The position numbers were made by a program, and so were the translations under genes. A stretch of 64,000 nt of DNA from Nitrospirota bacterium. Its GTDB lineage: Bacteria > Nitrospirota > Thermodesulfovibrionia > Thermodesulfovibrionales > UBA9159. The stretch spans positions 64,183 through 128,182 of the forward strand of contig CAVOUE010000007.1 of assembly GCA_963699545.1 (NCBI GenBank), written 5' to 3'. The notes under the pieces were generated by a model that was not told where the DNA came from, did not search any database, and saw nothing but the letters and a program-made list of their open reading frames with translations. Numbering within the stretch: position 1 is the first letter of the stretch; each line of letters starts with the position of its first letter. Shown piece by piece: positions 23,040-34,458 of the stretch.

Positions 23040-24575
23040 TTAATGCGCCCCCGGCGGCATCGTTCCCGCCGCCTTCGGTCTTCTCATGATCAGTACCAGA
23101 GGCAGCACCAGCACCATGAGCACGCTCAAGACATGAAACGCGTCATTAAATGAGATCATGGAAGCCTCCCTGAGAAGTTTACCATAGATTATTCCCAGGG
23201 TTCCCTGGTCTGCAACTCCCGGACTCAGTCCCTTGTATTGGAGGATGTGGGACGTCTGGCTTGTAACCAGCTGGTAGTGGGTATCAAAGGGCGTAAGATG
23301 GTCCACCAGGTGATGCTGGTGGACCTGCGCTCTTCGTGTCAGCACCGTCGTCACAAAGGCAACGCCGAAGCTCCCGCCGAGGTTCCTCAGGAGATTATAG
23401 ATGGCCGAGGCGTTTCCCATATCTTCCTTCTTTATCTCTGCCATGGTCAGAGTCGTGAGAGGGATGAAGAGGAACCCCATACCGATGCCAAGAACGATCC
23501 GCGGCCAGATCACGGTATCGAAATCAGCGAGGAGGTTGAACTTCGACATGAGATACGTCGAATACGAAGAAACGATTATCCCGAAGGCGAGCAGGCCCTT
23601 CGGGTTTACCTTTGTCACAAGCTTTCCCGCAATGGGCATCGCCACAAGGGTTGCAACGCCGCCGGGCCCAAGCACCATGCCCGACAGGGTCGCATTGTAC
23701 CCCATGAGGGTCTGGAGATAAATGGGCAGGAGGACAATGCTGCCGAAGAGGTTGAAAAAGGCAAAGAACATCACGAGATTTCCGGTGCTGAATGTCCGGT
23801 TCCTGAATGTCTTCATGTTCACAATCGGGTGTTCCGCAAAGAACTCAACGATCACGAAGAGGAGCAAGGACAATGCAGAGATAGCGGTGAGCCACGTGAT
23901 GAAGCCTGAAGAGAACCAGTCTTCCCTTTCTCCCTTGTCCAGGACGATCTGGAGGCACCCCAGTCCGATGGCGAGAAAGGCGAGCCCCCAGTAATCGATC
24001 CTCATCTTCATCCGTCTCATGTACGGCGGGTCAACGATAAAGAACAGGCACATCAGGATCGAGACAACCCCTATGGGGATATTGATGAAAAATATCCAGT
24101 GCCATGACCAGTTGTCGGTGATCCAGCCGCCGAGAAGGGGCCCGACGATGGGTCCGAACATAATGCCAACGCCGAATATCGCCATGGCCATGCCGTGCTG
24201 CCGGGGAGGGAATGTTTCGAGGAGAATGGATTGTGAGATCGGCTGAAGCGCCCCACCCCCGATGCCCTGAAGGATCCTGAATACAATGAGACTTTGGAGG
24301 TTCCAGGCGGAACCGCAGAGCAATGAACTCAGGGTGAAAAGGGATATGGAAAAGATCATATACCGTTTCCTCCCGAAGAGCCTGCTGAGCCATCCGGTCA
24401 TGGGGATGATGATGGCGTTGGAGACCAGATACGAGGTGATCGCCCAGGTGGATTCGTCGATACCGGCAGACAGGCTGCCCCGTATGTGATCGAGAGCGAC
24501 GTTCACGACCGATATGTCGATGATCTCGATGAGGGTGGGGAGCATGACCGTGAGGGAGATAATCCATTTATTCAT
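23040..24575 (-). CDS. emrB: DHA2 (EmrB/QacA) MFS efflux permease
   Basis: IDISVVNVAL; WAITSYL; RILQGIGGG; WIFFINIPIG. Confidence 0.93.
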   Translation of the reverse strand: MNKWIISLTVMLPTLIEIIDISVVNVALDHIRGSLSAGIDESTWAITSYLVSNAIIIPMTGWLSRLFGRKRYMIFSISLFTLSSLLCGSAWNLQSLIVFRILQGIGGGALQPISQSILLETFPPRQHGMAMAIFGVGIMFGPIVGPLLGGWITDNWSWHWIFFINIPIGVVSILMCLFFIVDPPYMRRMKMRIDYWGLAFLAIGLGCLQIVLDKGEREDWFSSGFITWLTAISALSLLLFVIVEFFAEHPIVNMKTFRNRTFSTGNLVMFFAFFNLFGSIVLLPIYLQTLMGYNATLSGMVLGPGGVATLVAMPIAGKLVTKVNPKGLLAFGIIVSSYSTYLMSKFNLLADFDTVIWPRIVLGIGMGFLFIPLTTLTMAEIKKEDMGNASAIYNLLRNLGGSFGVAFVTTVLTRRAQVHQHHLVDHLTPFDTHYQLVTSQTSHILQYKGLSPGVADQGTLGIIYGKLLREASMISFNDAFHVLSVLMVLVLPLVLIMRRPKAAGTMPPGAH

Positions 24576-24674
24576 AATGAAGGCATTTGCGCTACGAGTG
24601 CTCTGGCGTTCGGGCGGCCAAGGGTCTTAGTGAAAAAATACGACGATACCTCACTCCGTTCGCCCCTGACCCTC

Positions 24675-25771
24675 TTAATCCTTCACAAGTATCGTCGGCT
24701 CCACAGACATGCCGACCCTGAGGATGTGATCCGGGTCTGTCCCCTTATCCAGGACTATTTTGACCGGTACCCTCTGCACCACCTTCACGTAGTTGCCCGT
24801 GGCGTTCTCAGGGGGAAGAGGGAGAACGTGGAACCCGTTCCCGCCATGATGCTGTCGACCTTCCCACGGAATTTCTTTCCGGGATACGAATCCACCTTGA
24901 TCTCCACTTTCTGACCCGTTCTCACTTTTTCCAACTGCGTTTCCTTGTAGTTTGCGGCCAGCCATACGTCGTCCAGAGGAACCACCGCCATAAGCGCCTG
25001 ACCCGCCTGTATCTGGTTACCCACCTCAACTGACTTTTTCGTCACGTACCCGTCTGATGGAGCATAGAGCTTCGTATATCCGTAATTAAGCTCGGCGGTC
25101 CTGAGCACCGTCTTCTTCTGCGCTGCGGAAGAGACCCGGGAGGTCCTCGCCGCTTCCGCCTGCCGCACCAATGCCTTTTGCGTCTCAAGAGCGGTCTCTG
25201 CCTGCTTCAACTGCTCACCAGCTGTCTTCACCTGTGCACGGCTGACATTATAACCGGTCATGGTTTTTTCGTATCTCTCTTTGGAAAGGGCATCGTACCG
25301 GTAAAGGTTCTCCGCTCTTTTCCTGTCCATCTCGGCCTGCCCGAGGTTCACTTCCTGGAGCTCCAGGTTCGCCTTTGCCGCTTCCACCGCAGCCTTTGCC
25401 TCGGACACCCGCCTGCGTGAGGCCTCCACCCGGGCCTCGTTCTCTCCGATCTTCGCCGTCTCTGCATTCAGTCCTGAGGCTGCTTCGTTCACCTTCGCAT
25501 CGTAATCCGCGGGGTCAATCTCCAAGAGAAGGTCTCCCTTTTTCACGGGCTGATTGTCTTTCACATGCACCGCCTTCACTGTCCCGTAGACCTTTGATGC
25601 AATGACATGGATGCGGCCTTCCACAAAGGCATCATCGGTGCTGATATGGGTGTTCTTGTACTGGATATAGAAAAGAACAGCAACAGCCCCTATCACCGCA
25701 AGGACCGCAAACACCCCCAAGGCTATGAAATTTCTCCGATGGTTATTGACAGGCTGTTTTATCTCCTCCAT
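24675..25771 (-). CDS. emrA: EmrA/HlyD membrane fusion protein, frameshift near 24815
   Basis: STDDAFVEG; ANYKETQL; second frame PPENATGNYVKVVQRVPVKI. Confidence 0.93.
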
Positions 25772-27088
25772 CTATCTATACACCTCCGCCAGATCTCTCC
25801 CCATTGCATAGAATACCGCTGACTCGGCCCTCCTGAAATCGTAGAGGGAGCGGTAATAGTTCGTCTCGGCCACGGTCAGAAGGGTAACCGCATCGAGCAC
25901 CTCAGTGGCGGTACCGACCCCTTCTTCGTACCGCACCCTGTTGATCCTGAGGTTTTCCTCTGCCTGGCCTACCGCGTCTTTTGCAACGTTGATCCTCTCC
26001 TGAGCGTTCTTCAGGTCCAGGATATTCCGTTCCACCTCGAGCCTGATCTCATCCCCCAGTCTTGCCCTCTGTTCCTGCAACTGGATCTTCTGATGTTCCG
26101 TCTTTAACACCTCGGCCTGTGTGCTCCCGCCGCTGAAAAGGTTCATAGTCATCCCCAGGACCAGCGAAGCATTCCCCGCATGGAGCATATACCTGTTTTC
26201 CGTGTAGTCATAAGAAGCGCCTGCAAAAAACCTGGGATAGAATTCGGATTTTCTCGACTTCTCTTCCAGATTCAGGGACCTCATGGTCTCGTCAACGATC
26301 CTCATCTCCGGCCTTTCGCTGAGCGCTGCTTCCCAGGCCTTTTCCCTGTCCGGAAGCAGGTAATCGGAGGGAGATTCCTGAATATCCAGGACCTCGACAT
26401 CCGAGCTCAACGGCCGGGAAAGCACTGTGTTGAGACGGGACGCATTGATCGCGCGGAGGTTCTTCGCATTCAGAAGCCTCTGCCGGGCGTCCGCAAGCCT
26501 CACTTCCGCCTGGAGCAGGTCATTCCTGGTGATGACCCCGTTTTCAAAGAGGGTCTTCGCGTCATGGAGATGGGAAGAAACACTTTCCACCTCTTTTTGA
26601 GCAACCAGGACCAGCTTTCCGGCCTCCAGGAGATCAAAATAGACGAGAGCAAAATCGATCGAGATCTGATTTCTGACACGGAGCGTGTCCAACTTCTTTG
26701 TCTCGAGGATCGCCTTGCTCGCCTTGTATCGCGATGCGCTGCCCTCGAAATCATAGAGAAGCTGCTGGATACTCAAACTGTAAGAAGCAAACCCTTTTTC
26801 GGATGTGGGAACAGACTGCTGGCCGAACAGGGCGATAGGCTGATGGGAAAGGAACGTCTGGCTTGCCGACGCATTCAGATTGGGGAGCAATGGTGACCTC
26901 GCGATGAGAGTGTCCGCCTCCGACATCCTCTCCCCCTGCTGCGTGATCTTTATCATCCTGTTATTTTCAGCGGCCAGTTTCAATCCATGGGAGAGCGTCA
27001 ACACCTCAGCATGGACGCTCCCCGCATGTGTGGAAAAGAATAGAAGCATCGTGCCTAGCCCTACGAAAATGATCTGCCTTCTTTTCAT
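25772..27088 (-). CDS. TolC-family outer membrane channel
   Basis: Signal peptide; two OEP repeats (GVITRNDLLQAEV; RYEEGVGTATEVLDA). Confidence 0.92.
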   Translation of the reverse strand: MKRRQIIFVGLGTMLLFFSTHAGSVHAEVLTLSHGLKLAAENNRMIKITQQGERMSEADTLIARSPLLPNLNASASQTFLSHQPIALFGQQSVPTSEKGFASYSLSIQQLLYDFEGSASRYKASKAILETKKLDTLRVRNQISIDFALVYFDLLEAGKLVLVAQKEVESVSSHLHDAKTLFENGVITRNDLLQAEVRLADARQRLLNAKNLRAINASRLNTVLSRPLSSDVEVLDIQESPSDYLLPDREKAWEAALSERPEMRIVDETMRSLNLEEKSRKSEFYPRFFAGASYDYTENRYMLHAGNASLVLGMTMNLFSGGSTQAEVLKTEHQKIQLQEQRARLGDEIRLEVERNILDLKNAQERINVAKDAVGQAEENLRINRVRYEEGVGTATEVLDAVTLLTVAETNYYRSLYDFRRAESAVFYAMGRDLAEVYR

Positions 27089-27672
27089 TTCGCTGTCCCC
27101 TCAATGAATAGTTTGACGAATTCCCTCACCATCCTGTCGGTATCAACGGACCTGTACCGTTTCCCCATCATGAGTTCCTGAACACTAAAATAAGAAAAAA
27201 ACATCCCAAGAAAAGCCCGCGCCCCCGACTCGGCATTGAATTCCTTCAGGACCCTCTTTTTCTGCATTGCACTGAAGTATGATGCAAGGACCCTGATTAT
27301 CCCGTCAATGAAGGCATGATAGACCTTATGTATCTTACGGGGGTACCGGTGCATTTCCGAATGCATTATCTGTATCATGTTTTTCCTTGCGGCGAGGGTT
27401 TCGAGGAATCTTACTGCTATCATTGTTAAGGCATCCATGTACGTCATCTCTGCAATCTCCGGGAGAAGTCCCTTCAGCGCGGGCAGGAATGAATAATGCT
27501 TGATCACCTCTTCAAAGAGCTTTCCCTTGGAAGAAAAGTGCCTGAAAAGGGTGAGCTCTGCAACGTCGGCCTTGAGGGCTATCTCCTTTGTCGTTGCCCC
27601 GAGATAACCCTTCTCCGAAAAGGCTTTCAAGCCGGCCTCCAGTATCCTGTCTCTCGTCCCGCGTGCCTTCAT
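27085..27672 (-). CDS. TetR/AcrR family regulator
   Basis: RDRILEAG..GATTKEIA..ELTLFRHFSSK HTH; first gene of the efflux operon. Confidence 0.93.
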   Translation of the reverse strand: MKARGTRDRILEAGLKAFSEKGYLGATTKEIALKADVAELTLFRHFSSKGKLFEEVIKHYSFLPALKGLLPEIAEMTYMDALTMIAVRFLETLAARKNMIQIMHSEMHRYPRKIHKVYHAFIDGIIRVLASYFSAMQKKRVLKEFNAESGARAFLGMFFSYFSVQELMMGKRYRSVDTDRMVREFVKLFIEGTAK

Positions 27673-27689
27673 AATGTTAGTGGTCACTT

Positions 27690-27719
27690 ACATTACATGG
27701 ACACGTCCATGAATGTCAA
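27690..27719 (-). promoter_or_regulatory. Sigma70-type promoter with palindromic operator CATGGAC-AC-GTCCATG (27696-27711)
   Basis: Minus strand TTGACA-ttcatggacgtgtccatg-TAATGT just upstream of tetR. Confidence 0.7.
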
Positions 27720-27769
27720 GTGCCCCTGGGACCACGTCCATTGCGCATCGCTCCCGTGGACCACAACGC

Positions 27770-28549
27770 TTACCTTTCTTTCCCCTTCGCTTCGTTCCAT
27801 AAGGCATCCATTTCCTCAAGGGACATTCCTGAAAGGCTTTTTCCCGATTCCGCAGACTTCATCTCTATATAGCGGAACCGGGAGATGAACTTGCTGATGG
27901 TCTTCCGCAGAGCGTCCTCAGGGTTCACCCCCACAAAGCGGGAGATGTTCACGAGGACAAAAAAGACATCACCCAGTTCATCCTCTATCCCCTGCTGGTC
28001 CTTCTTTTCGAGCGCATCCCTGAACTCCTTCAGCTCCTCATCCAGTTTTTCGACCACATCTTCCACGCGTTCCCAGTCGAACCCCACCCGCGATGCCCTG
28101 GTCTGGATGCGGTGCGCCTTCAAAAGGGAAGGAAGCTCCCTGGGAACGCCTTCAAGTATGGATTCCCTGCCTTTTCCTTCTTCCTTTTTACGCTCCTCCC
28201 ATTGCTTCATCACGTCTTCGGGGGTTTCATACGTCGCGTCTCCGAAGACATGGGGATGCCGTCCGATCATTTTCTCAGAAATCTTCCGGACCACGTCATT
28301 GACGTCAAACTCTCGCCGCTCCTTTGCAAGCTGGCAATGAAATATGATCTGAAAGAGCAGGTCACCCAGTTCTTCCCTGATCTTTTCAGGGTTCCCTTCG
28401 TCTATGGCCTCAAGGACCTCGTAGGTCTCTTCCACCAGAAAGGGTTTGAGGGATTCCCTTGTCTGTTCCCTGTCCCATGGACAGCCTTTTTCTCCCCTCA
28501 GCACGGTCATGATACCTACCAGTTTTTCGAATTCGCTCTCCGGCATCAT
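27770..28549 (-). CDS. mazG: Nucleoside triphosphate pyrophosphohydrolase
   Basis: GCPWDREQT; EETYEV; EELGDLL; RHPHVF; VGFDW. Confidence 0.96.
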   Translation of the reverse strand: MMPESEFEKLVGIMTVLRGEKGCPWDREQTRESLKPFLVEETYEVLEAIDEGNPEKIREELGDLLFQIIFHCQLAKERREFDVNDVVRKISEKMIGRHPHVFGDATYETPEDVMKQWEERKKEEGKGRESILEGVPRELPSLLKAHRIQTRASRVGFDWERVEDVVEKLDEELKEFRDALEKKDQQGIEDELGDVFFVLVNISRFVGVNPEDALRKTISKFISRFRYIEMKSAESGKSLSGMSLEEMDALWNEAKGKER

Positions 28550-28621
28550 CGAAGTATATAATAGGGAGAGAACAAAGGTAAATAAAGCAGAGTCTTATGA
28601 TCGAGAACGGCTGAGTACAGA

Positions 28622-29751
28622 ATGATTAACTCCCTCTATATCCACATCCCCTTCTGCGTGAAAAAATGCATCTACTGCGATTTCTTCTCTGTCCCTTATG
28701 ATGAAGCCCTTGTCCTGAGATATGTCACCGCAGTGGTTCATGAACTTGAGATCAGGAAAGACCTGGCAGGCGAATTAAGGACGGTCTACATCGGCGGCGG
28801 CACGCCGACCACCGTGCCGACCTTATCACTGATACGGTTGCTCCGAAAGATAAAAGACTCCTTCGCGTTATCTGCCGATGCTGAAATTACGATCGAGGCG
28901 AATCCCGGGACTGTTGATCTGGCGAGAGTCCGCGCCCTGGCTGGCTCCGGGGTGAAACGATTCAGTGTCGGTGTCCAGTCCTTTCACGACAAAGAATTGA
29001 AGCTCCTTGGGAGGATACATACTTTCGAGGACGTGATAAAGGCCATCGCAGCACTGCGGCGCGCGGACTTCCGGAATATCTCTATTGACCTCATCTACGG
29101 CATCCCGGGGCAGACCATGGAGGCCTGGTTACAGACGCTCGGAATGGCCGTGGAATTATCGCCTGAACATATCTCGGCATATGAACTCACTCCGGAGAAG
29201 GGTACGCCGTTGTACGAATTAATCGCTCAGGGGAAGCTCAACAAACCCGATGAGGAGAACCATCGTCGAAATGTATTATCACACCATAGACAGACTGGCG
29301 AAAGCCGGATACAGGCACTATGAGATATCGAACTTCGCAAAGACCGGTTTTGAATGCAGGCATAACCTGAATTACTGGGACAGGGGGCAGTATCTCGGCA
29401 TCGGCGCCGGCGCCCACAGTTTCATCGGAGAACAAAAGAATCGGGAACGTGAGCGATATCGACAGGTATATCGCGTTATTAAAGAAAGGCGAACCTGCCG
29501 TTGAGAAAAGTGTGGAGATCTCCTGTGAGGAAGCGCAGAAAGAATTCATCTTCCTCGGGCTCAGGAAGACTGATGGAGTGAATATCAGGCAATTCAGAGA
29601 AGACCTGGGCATCGACATTGTCGGAGCTGCCCATGAACTGATACATCAAGCGCTCCTTGAAGTCGAAGGAGAGCACCTCCGTCTCACGAGAAAAGGGATC
29701 ATTGTATCCAATACGGTGATTACGGAGTTATTTCAAAAGTTAGCGCTGTAA
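28622..29751 (+). CDS. hemW: Radical SAM heme chaperone HemW (HemN-like), frameshifts near 29255 and 29440
   Basis: YIHIPFCVKKCIYCDF; GGGTPT; YEISNFA; HNLNYW; three frames join. Confidence 0.9.
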
Positions 29752-29782
29752 TAGAGGGCCCTCCAAGACAAAAACCAAACGC

Positions 29783-31038
29783 TCACTCTTCGATATAATT
29801 AAGGTCCTTGTGGAATGTCTCCTCCAGGTTATAGAGGGCGTAGAGGGAAATGGCAAGACATATCATGCCGACGACTGCAGCACCCTGGATAATTCCGAGA
29901 TGCTCCTTTGCGAGCTGGAAAGAAAAGGTGATGGGGATGACCATGCCACGGATGAAATTCGGGACGGTGGATGCGACAGTGGACCTTAAGTTCGTGCCGA
30001 ACTGCTCGGCCGCTATGGTGATGAATACCGCCCAATATCCCACAGCAAAACCGATCGCCGCGCAATACGCATAAAACAAGGCCGGGCTCACCTGACGAAG
30101 CATGAAATAGCCGGCTATCACGACACCGGACAGGACCTGGAAAAGCAGGACTATCTTCTTCCTGCTTCCAAAGAACTGGCTCAGGAAGCCGCTCACAAAA
30201 TCGCCGAATACAAGCCCAAGATAGCAGAACATGACCGCCTCGCCGGCATTGACAGGCCCTGAAACAGCGAGGGCCTTCGCAAATTCAGGCGAGAAGGTGA
30301 TGAGTATCCCGACGGCAAACCATATGGGAAGGCCGATCAGGATCGATTTCATATACTTGAAGAAATTGGTCCGCTTCGTAAAAAGACTGAAGAAGTCACC
30401 TTTGCTTACCTCCCTGGATTCCATCTCTTTATACATCCCGGACTCAAATACGCCTACCCTCATGATAAGAAGCGCCAGCCCGAGCCCCCCTCCGATGAAA
30501 TACGCTATCCGCCAGTCGAAATGCTGTGCGATGAAATTGGCCAGTATCGCGCCCAGTAACTCCGACGGAAGCGACAATCATCGTGCCGTACCCCCGCACG
30601 TTCTTCGGAAGGTTTTCGAGGACGAGGGTAACTCCCGCACCGAGTTCACCGGCGAGTCCTATCCCCGCAATGAATCGCCACAGGGCATATCCGCCGATGG
30701 AATTGACGAAACCGTTGGCGATATTCGCTAGCGGAATAAAGAAATATGGAGCCGAACAGTATCTTCACCCTTCCTTTTTTATCGCCGAGGACGCCCCAGA
30801 GAATGCCTCCTAGGAGCATGCCGCCCATCTGCATGTTCAACAGGAAAACCCCCCGGTCAAGAAGGTCCTTCCCCTGAAGTCCCATGGCTTTGAGGCTCGG
30901 TATCCGAACAATGCTGAAGAGGATGAGGTCGTAAATATCGACGAAATATCCCAGCGAGGCGACGATCACCGGAATGGTGAGCATCTCTTTTATCGAAACG
31001 CGGGAAGAACTTGGACAGGCAGCTTCTGTCTTTTCCAT
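29783..31038 (-). CDS. MFS transporter, frameshifts near 30580-30730
   Basis: GYFVDIYDL; GVLGDKKGR; AAEQFGTNLRST. Confidence 0.85.
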
Positions 31039-31190
31039 ATGGATTTTGATTCTAGAATATTAACGGTTTAAATAACAATGTGTTATCACTACTGAGGACC
31101 GTCTGAGGTATCACTTATCGCCGCGGACTATTGTAAATTTTCAGAAAGGGGTCATGGCACAAATGCGGCTTGCAGCGTGCCCTTGCCTTA

Positions 31191-32355
31191 CTACGCCACT
31201 TCCAGAAACGCACACTTGAGATACTCCGTCTCCGGCATGGAGAGCAGGACAGGATGGTCCTTAGCCTGGGAGCGCATCTCGATGAGCCTTACCGGCCTGC
31301 CCGCATCCCTGGCCGCCGACCGCAGCATCTCCACGAACATCTCCCTGTCGATATGGTAGGAACATGATGACGTGGCCAGGAGTCCGCCCTTTTTCAGAAG
31401 GCCCATTGCATGCGCGTTGATCACCCTGTAAGCCTTCAGCGCCTCCTTCACTCTGGTCCTCGATTTCACGAATGCGGGCGGGTCGAGAACGATGAAGTCA
31501 TAGACGCTTCCGCGGGAAACCTCATCCTTCAGAAACGTAAAGACGTCGCCCGGCCTGAAGACGCACCGTTCTGAAAGACCGTTCAGCCCGGCATTCCTCC
31601 GCGCCAGTGCGATCGCATTTTCAGATTCATCAATGCCGGTCACGTCTGCGCCCTTATGTCCAAGATGGAGACTCCAAGCTCCGGCGTAACAGAAGAGATC
31701 AAGCCCCTTCCCTCCCTTCACAAGACGGCTGAAAGCAACCCTGTTCTCCCTCTGGTCGAGGAAGAACCCGGTCTTCTGCCCGGACAAGGGGTCTGTTTCG
31801 AAGAGAAGGGAAGACTCCCTCACCACCGGAGCTTTATCCATTGAGCCTTTGACCACTCTCTTCTCCTGCTTGAGACCCTCAAGGAGAACGGGACGAACTG
31901 TCATTGCGAAGTACGATCACTGATGGAGACAGGATTTCGTCCAGGACTTCCATAATAATTTGGGTCCTCACCTCCATCCCCATGGTGAGTATCTGAACAG
32001 AGAGGCAGTCGTCATACTTATCCACGATGAGTCCGGGTAGGAAATCTCCCTCGCTGAAGACCACCCGGAAGGAGTTTGTTTCCTCCAGGAACTGCTTTCT
32101 GAATTCCAGCGCCTCAAGGATCCTTCTTTTAAAGAAAAGAGGGTCGATCTCCTCCCTCTGCCGGGTGAGGATCCTGACCGCAATAAGAGAATGAGGATTG
32201 ATATAGCCGATCCCGAGGAAGGCATCCTTCCTGTCTCTCAGCTCCACAAGGGAACCCGGTTCAAACCCCTTCGGGCTCCCTGATATCTCATTCGAGAATA
32301 CCCAGAGATGGCCTGCGAGGACCCTCGATGTGCGGCTCAGACGGACGATTTCCAT
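31191..32355 (-). CDS. rlmI: RlmI/RlmK-like SAM-dependent rRNA methyltransferase, frameshift near 31885
   Basis: GHLWVFSNE PUA domain; SEGDFLPGLIVD; GQKTGFFLDQRENR; LDPPAF; TSSCS. Confidence 0.88.
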
Positions 32356-32429
32356 GGGTATAATAATGCCCTACCGGTCGCTCATTTGTAAATTGCGCTC
32401 ATAAACTGATCCTTTTGCTATAATACGCC

Positions 32430-32708
32430 ATGTCGGCACCCATGGCTGATATCATATCCTTCAAAGAGAAGCTCCCTATCCACACCATCGACTTCAACAA
32501 CCCTCGCGAAAAAGCAACCCACGACAAACTGGTCTTCCTCGTAGACCGGATGCTCAAACTGCACAAAAAGAAAACCGCACTCCCACTCTCCGCCGAACGC
32601 GAGAAGATCGAACGGGAAATTGCAGTGACGGATGAAAAGATAGATGAGATCGTTTATGGGCTGTACGGGGTGACGGAGGAGGAGAGGAAAATAGTCGAAG
32701 GGAAATGA
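32430..32708 (+). pseudogene. Isolated C-terminal fragment of an Eco57I/type IIG-like restriction-modification enzyme
   Basis: LPIHTIDF..HDKLVFLVDRML..IDEIVYGLYGVTEEERKIVE resembles the typical tail; no methylase or nuclease motifs upstream. Confidence 0.65.
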
Positions 32709-32752
32709 TTTTGGAGGAGAATTAAGGTAGAATAAGGACATAAAGGAGAATT

Positions 32753-33061
32753 ATGGATAGCAAGGCAAAGATAGAAATTCCCCGAGAAAGAATCGCAGAA
32801 TTCTGCAGAAAGCATTATATTCGAAAACTTTCTTTCTTCGGCTCGGTCATCAGCGAACATTTTACACAGGATAGCGACGTGGATGTGCTTGTGGAATTCG
32901 AACCCGGGCAGGTTGTAGGGTTGATACGTTTAGCAGGCATGGAACTTGAGTTGTCTGAAATCATAGGAAGAAAAGTTGACTTGAGAACTCCCGCCGACTT
33001 AAGCCGCTATTTCCGTGAAGAGGTGCTTTCATCGGCAGAGATTCAATATGCCAAAGGCTGA
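32753..33061 (+). CDS. MNT nucleotidyltransferase antitoxin
   Basis: LSFFGSV..DSDVDVLVEF; GRKVDL. Confidence 0.92.
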   Translation: MDSKAKIEIPRERIAEFCRKHYIRKLSFFGSVISEHFTQDSDVDVLVEFEPGQVVGLIRLAGMELELSEIIGRKVDLRTPADLSRYFREEVLSSAEIQYAKG

Positions 33062-33389
33062 CCGTATCCGTTTACAACACATGCTTGATGCAGCAAAAGA
33101 AGCCCTTTCTTTTGCTAAAAACAAAAACCGAAACGATCTTTACGCCGACCGTATGCTTGCTCTCTCCATCGTAAAATCAATTGAGATTATCGGGGAAGCT
33201 GCTTCTACTGTTTCGAAAGAATTCCGTGAAAAGCGCAAAGAAATTCCCTGGGCAAACATTAGTGGCATGAGGAACCGCCTTATCCACGTCTATTTTGATA
33301 TTGATCTCGACAGAGTATGGGATACCATTACAGATGATCTTCCCCCTCTTATTACCGCATTAGAAAAGGAGCTTTCTCAGGAGAGCTGA
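33048..33389 (+). CDS. HEPN/DUF86 ribonuclease toxin
   Basis: IEIIGEAA; GMRNRLIHVYF (Rx4H); overlaps the MNT gene. Confidence 0.92.
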   Translation: MPKADRIRLQHMLDAAKEALSFAKNKNRNDLYADRMLALSIVKSIEIIGEAASTVSKEFREKRKEIPWANISGMRNRLIHVYFDIDLDRVWDTITDDLPPLITALEKELSQES

Positions 33390-33497
33390 CCACAGAGAAA
33401 AAGGGACAGGCTGGTTATCGAGGGGCAGAAGTGGCTTGTGGCCAGTGATTTCAGTAGTGAATTCAGGTAAAATACAGTCATAAAGGAGGATAAACCT

Positions 33498-33809
33498 ATG
33501 CCGGTGGCTGAAAGAAAAACGAAGCATCCGTATATTTCGCTTAACCCTAACATTTCAGGCGGGCAACCTGTCATCAGCGGCACCCGAATTAAGGTAATGG
33601 ATATTGCAGTCAGATATGAGCTTATGGGGATAAGCGCCGACAGAATCATCGATGAGTACCCTCATCTGAAGCTTGAGCAGGTCCATGACGCGCTCTCTTA
33701 TTATTATGAACACAAGAACGTGCTTGACAAGAAATATCGGGAAGATCAGGCCATTCTCGCCCAGCTTAAGAAAAGGTATCCTTCCAAGCTCAAAGCAAGA
33801 CTTGGATGA
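33498..33809 (+). CDS. DUF433 antitoxin-like protein
   Basis: PNISGGQPVISGTRIKV..YPHLKLEQVHDALSYY. Confidence 0.9.
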   Translation: MPVAERKTKHPYISLNPNISGGQPVISGTRIKVMDIAVRYELMGISADRIIDEYPHLKLEQVHDALSYYYEHKNVLDKKYREDQAILAQLKKRYPSKLKARLG

Positions 33810-34128
33810 AGATTTACGCCGACGAAAATATAGAGCGGTCTATTGTTGAAGGATTACTGAGACGCGGAGTAGAAATCGTTCTCCGCAGGCGAGCTCGGCT
33901 ACATAGGCAAATCGGACGAATTCCATCTCAAGAAAGCATCTGAAATGAATGCCGTAATTTTGACGCATGATAATGATTTCTTGATAATGGCGGATAGATT
34001 TGACCATAACGGGATAATATTTGCTCATTCAAAAAATGTCTCCCATCGGGCAATGCATCAGAGGCGTAGAATTGATCGTAAATATTTTGACCAATAAGGA
34101 CATGAAGAACCATATCGAATTTCTATGA
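33806..34128 (+). CDS. DUF5615 PIN-like toxin, about two frameshifts (absent from the ORF track)
   Basis: Manual reading MKIYADENI..GLLRRG../SDEFHL..VILTHDNDFL..HNGIIF../IGQCIRGVEL..NHIEFL*. Confidence 0.8.
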
Positions 34129-34129
34129 T

Positions 34130-34363
34130 AAACTCGTCTCCGTCGTTGACCGGATGTTTGACGACCGCTTCTGCACAGCCATCGGCGTGGGATACAAGTT
34201 CTCTCAGGCGGTCAGTTTTGATCTGGGCTACGCTCACCTCTTCATCAGTGATTCGAGGATCGACCAGACTCCCACAGGAGAGAATGCGGTACGTGGAGGC
34301 CTGCAGGGCAGTTACGACTCCCATATAGACATCATCAGTGCCCAGCTCAATGTGAAGTTTTAG
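34130..34363 (+). pseudogene. 3' remnant of a FadL/OmpP1 outer-membrane fatty-acid channel
   Basis: DRFCTAIGVGYKFS..FDLGYAHLF..IISAQLNVKF with terminal Phe; next to an acyl ligase gene. Confidence 0.7.
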
Positions 34364-34458
34364 CGGCTTGCCTCTTCACCGGTGCACACCCGTTTTATAG
34401 GGATACCAGGGGCAGCTGAACATGACTGCCCCTGGTGTATAATGAATTAAGGACCACG

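Noticed and set aside
24576-24674. Possible degenerate inverted-repeat insert between emrA and emrB
   Set aside because: The arms are too degenerate to support by eye.
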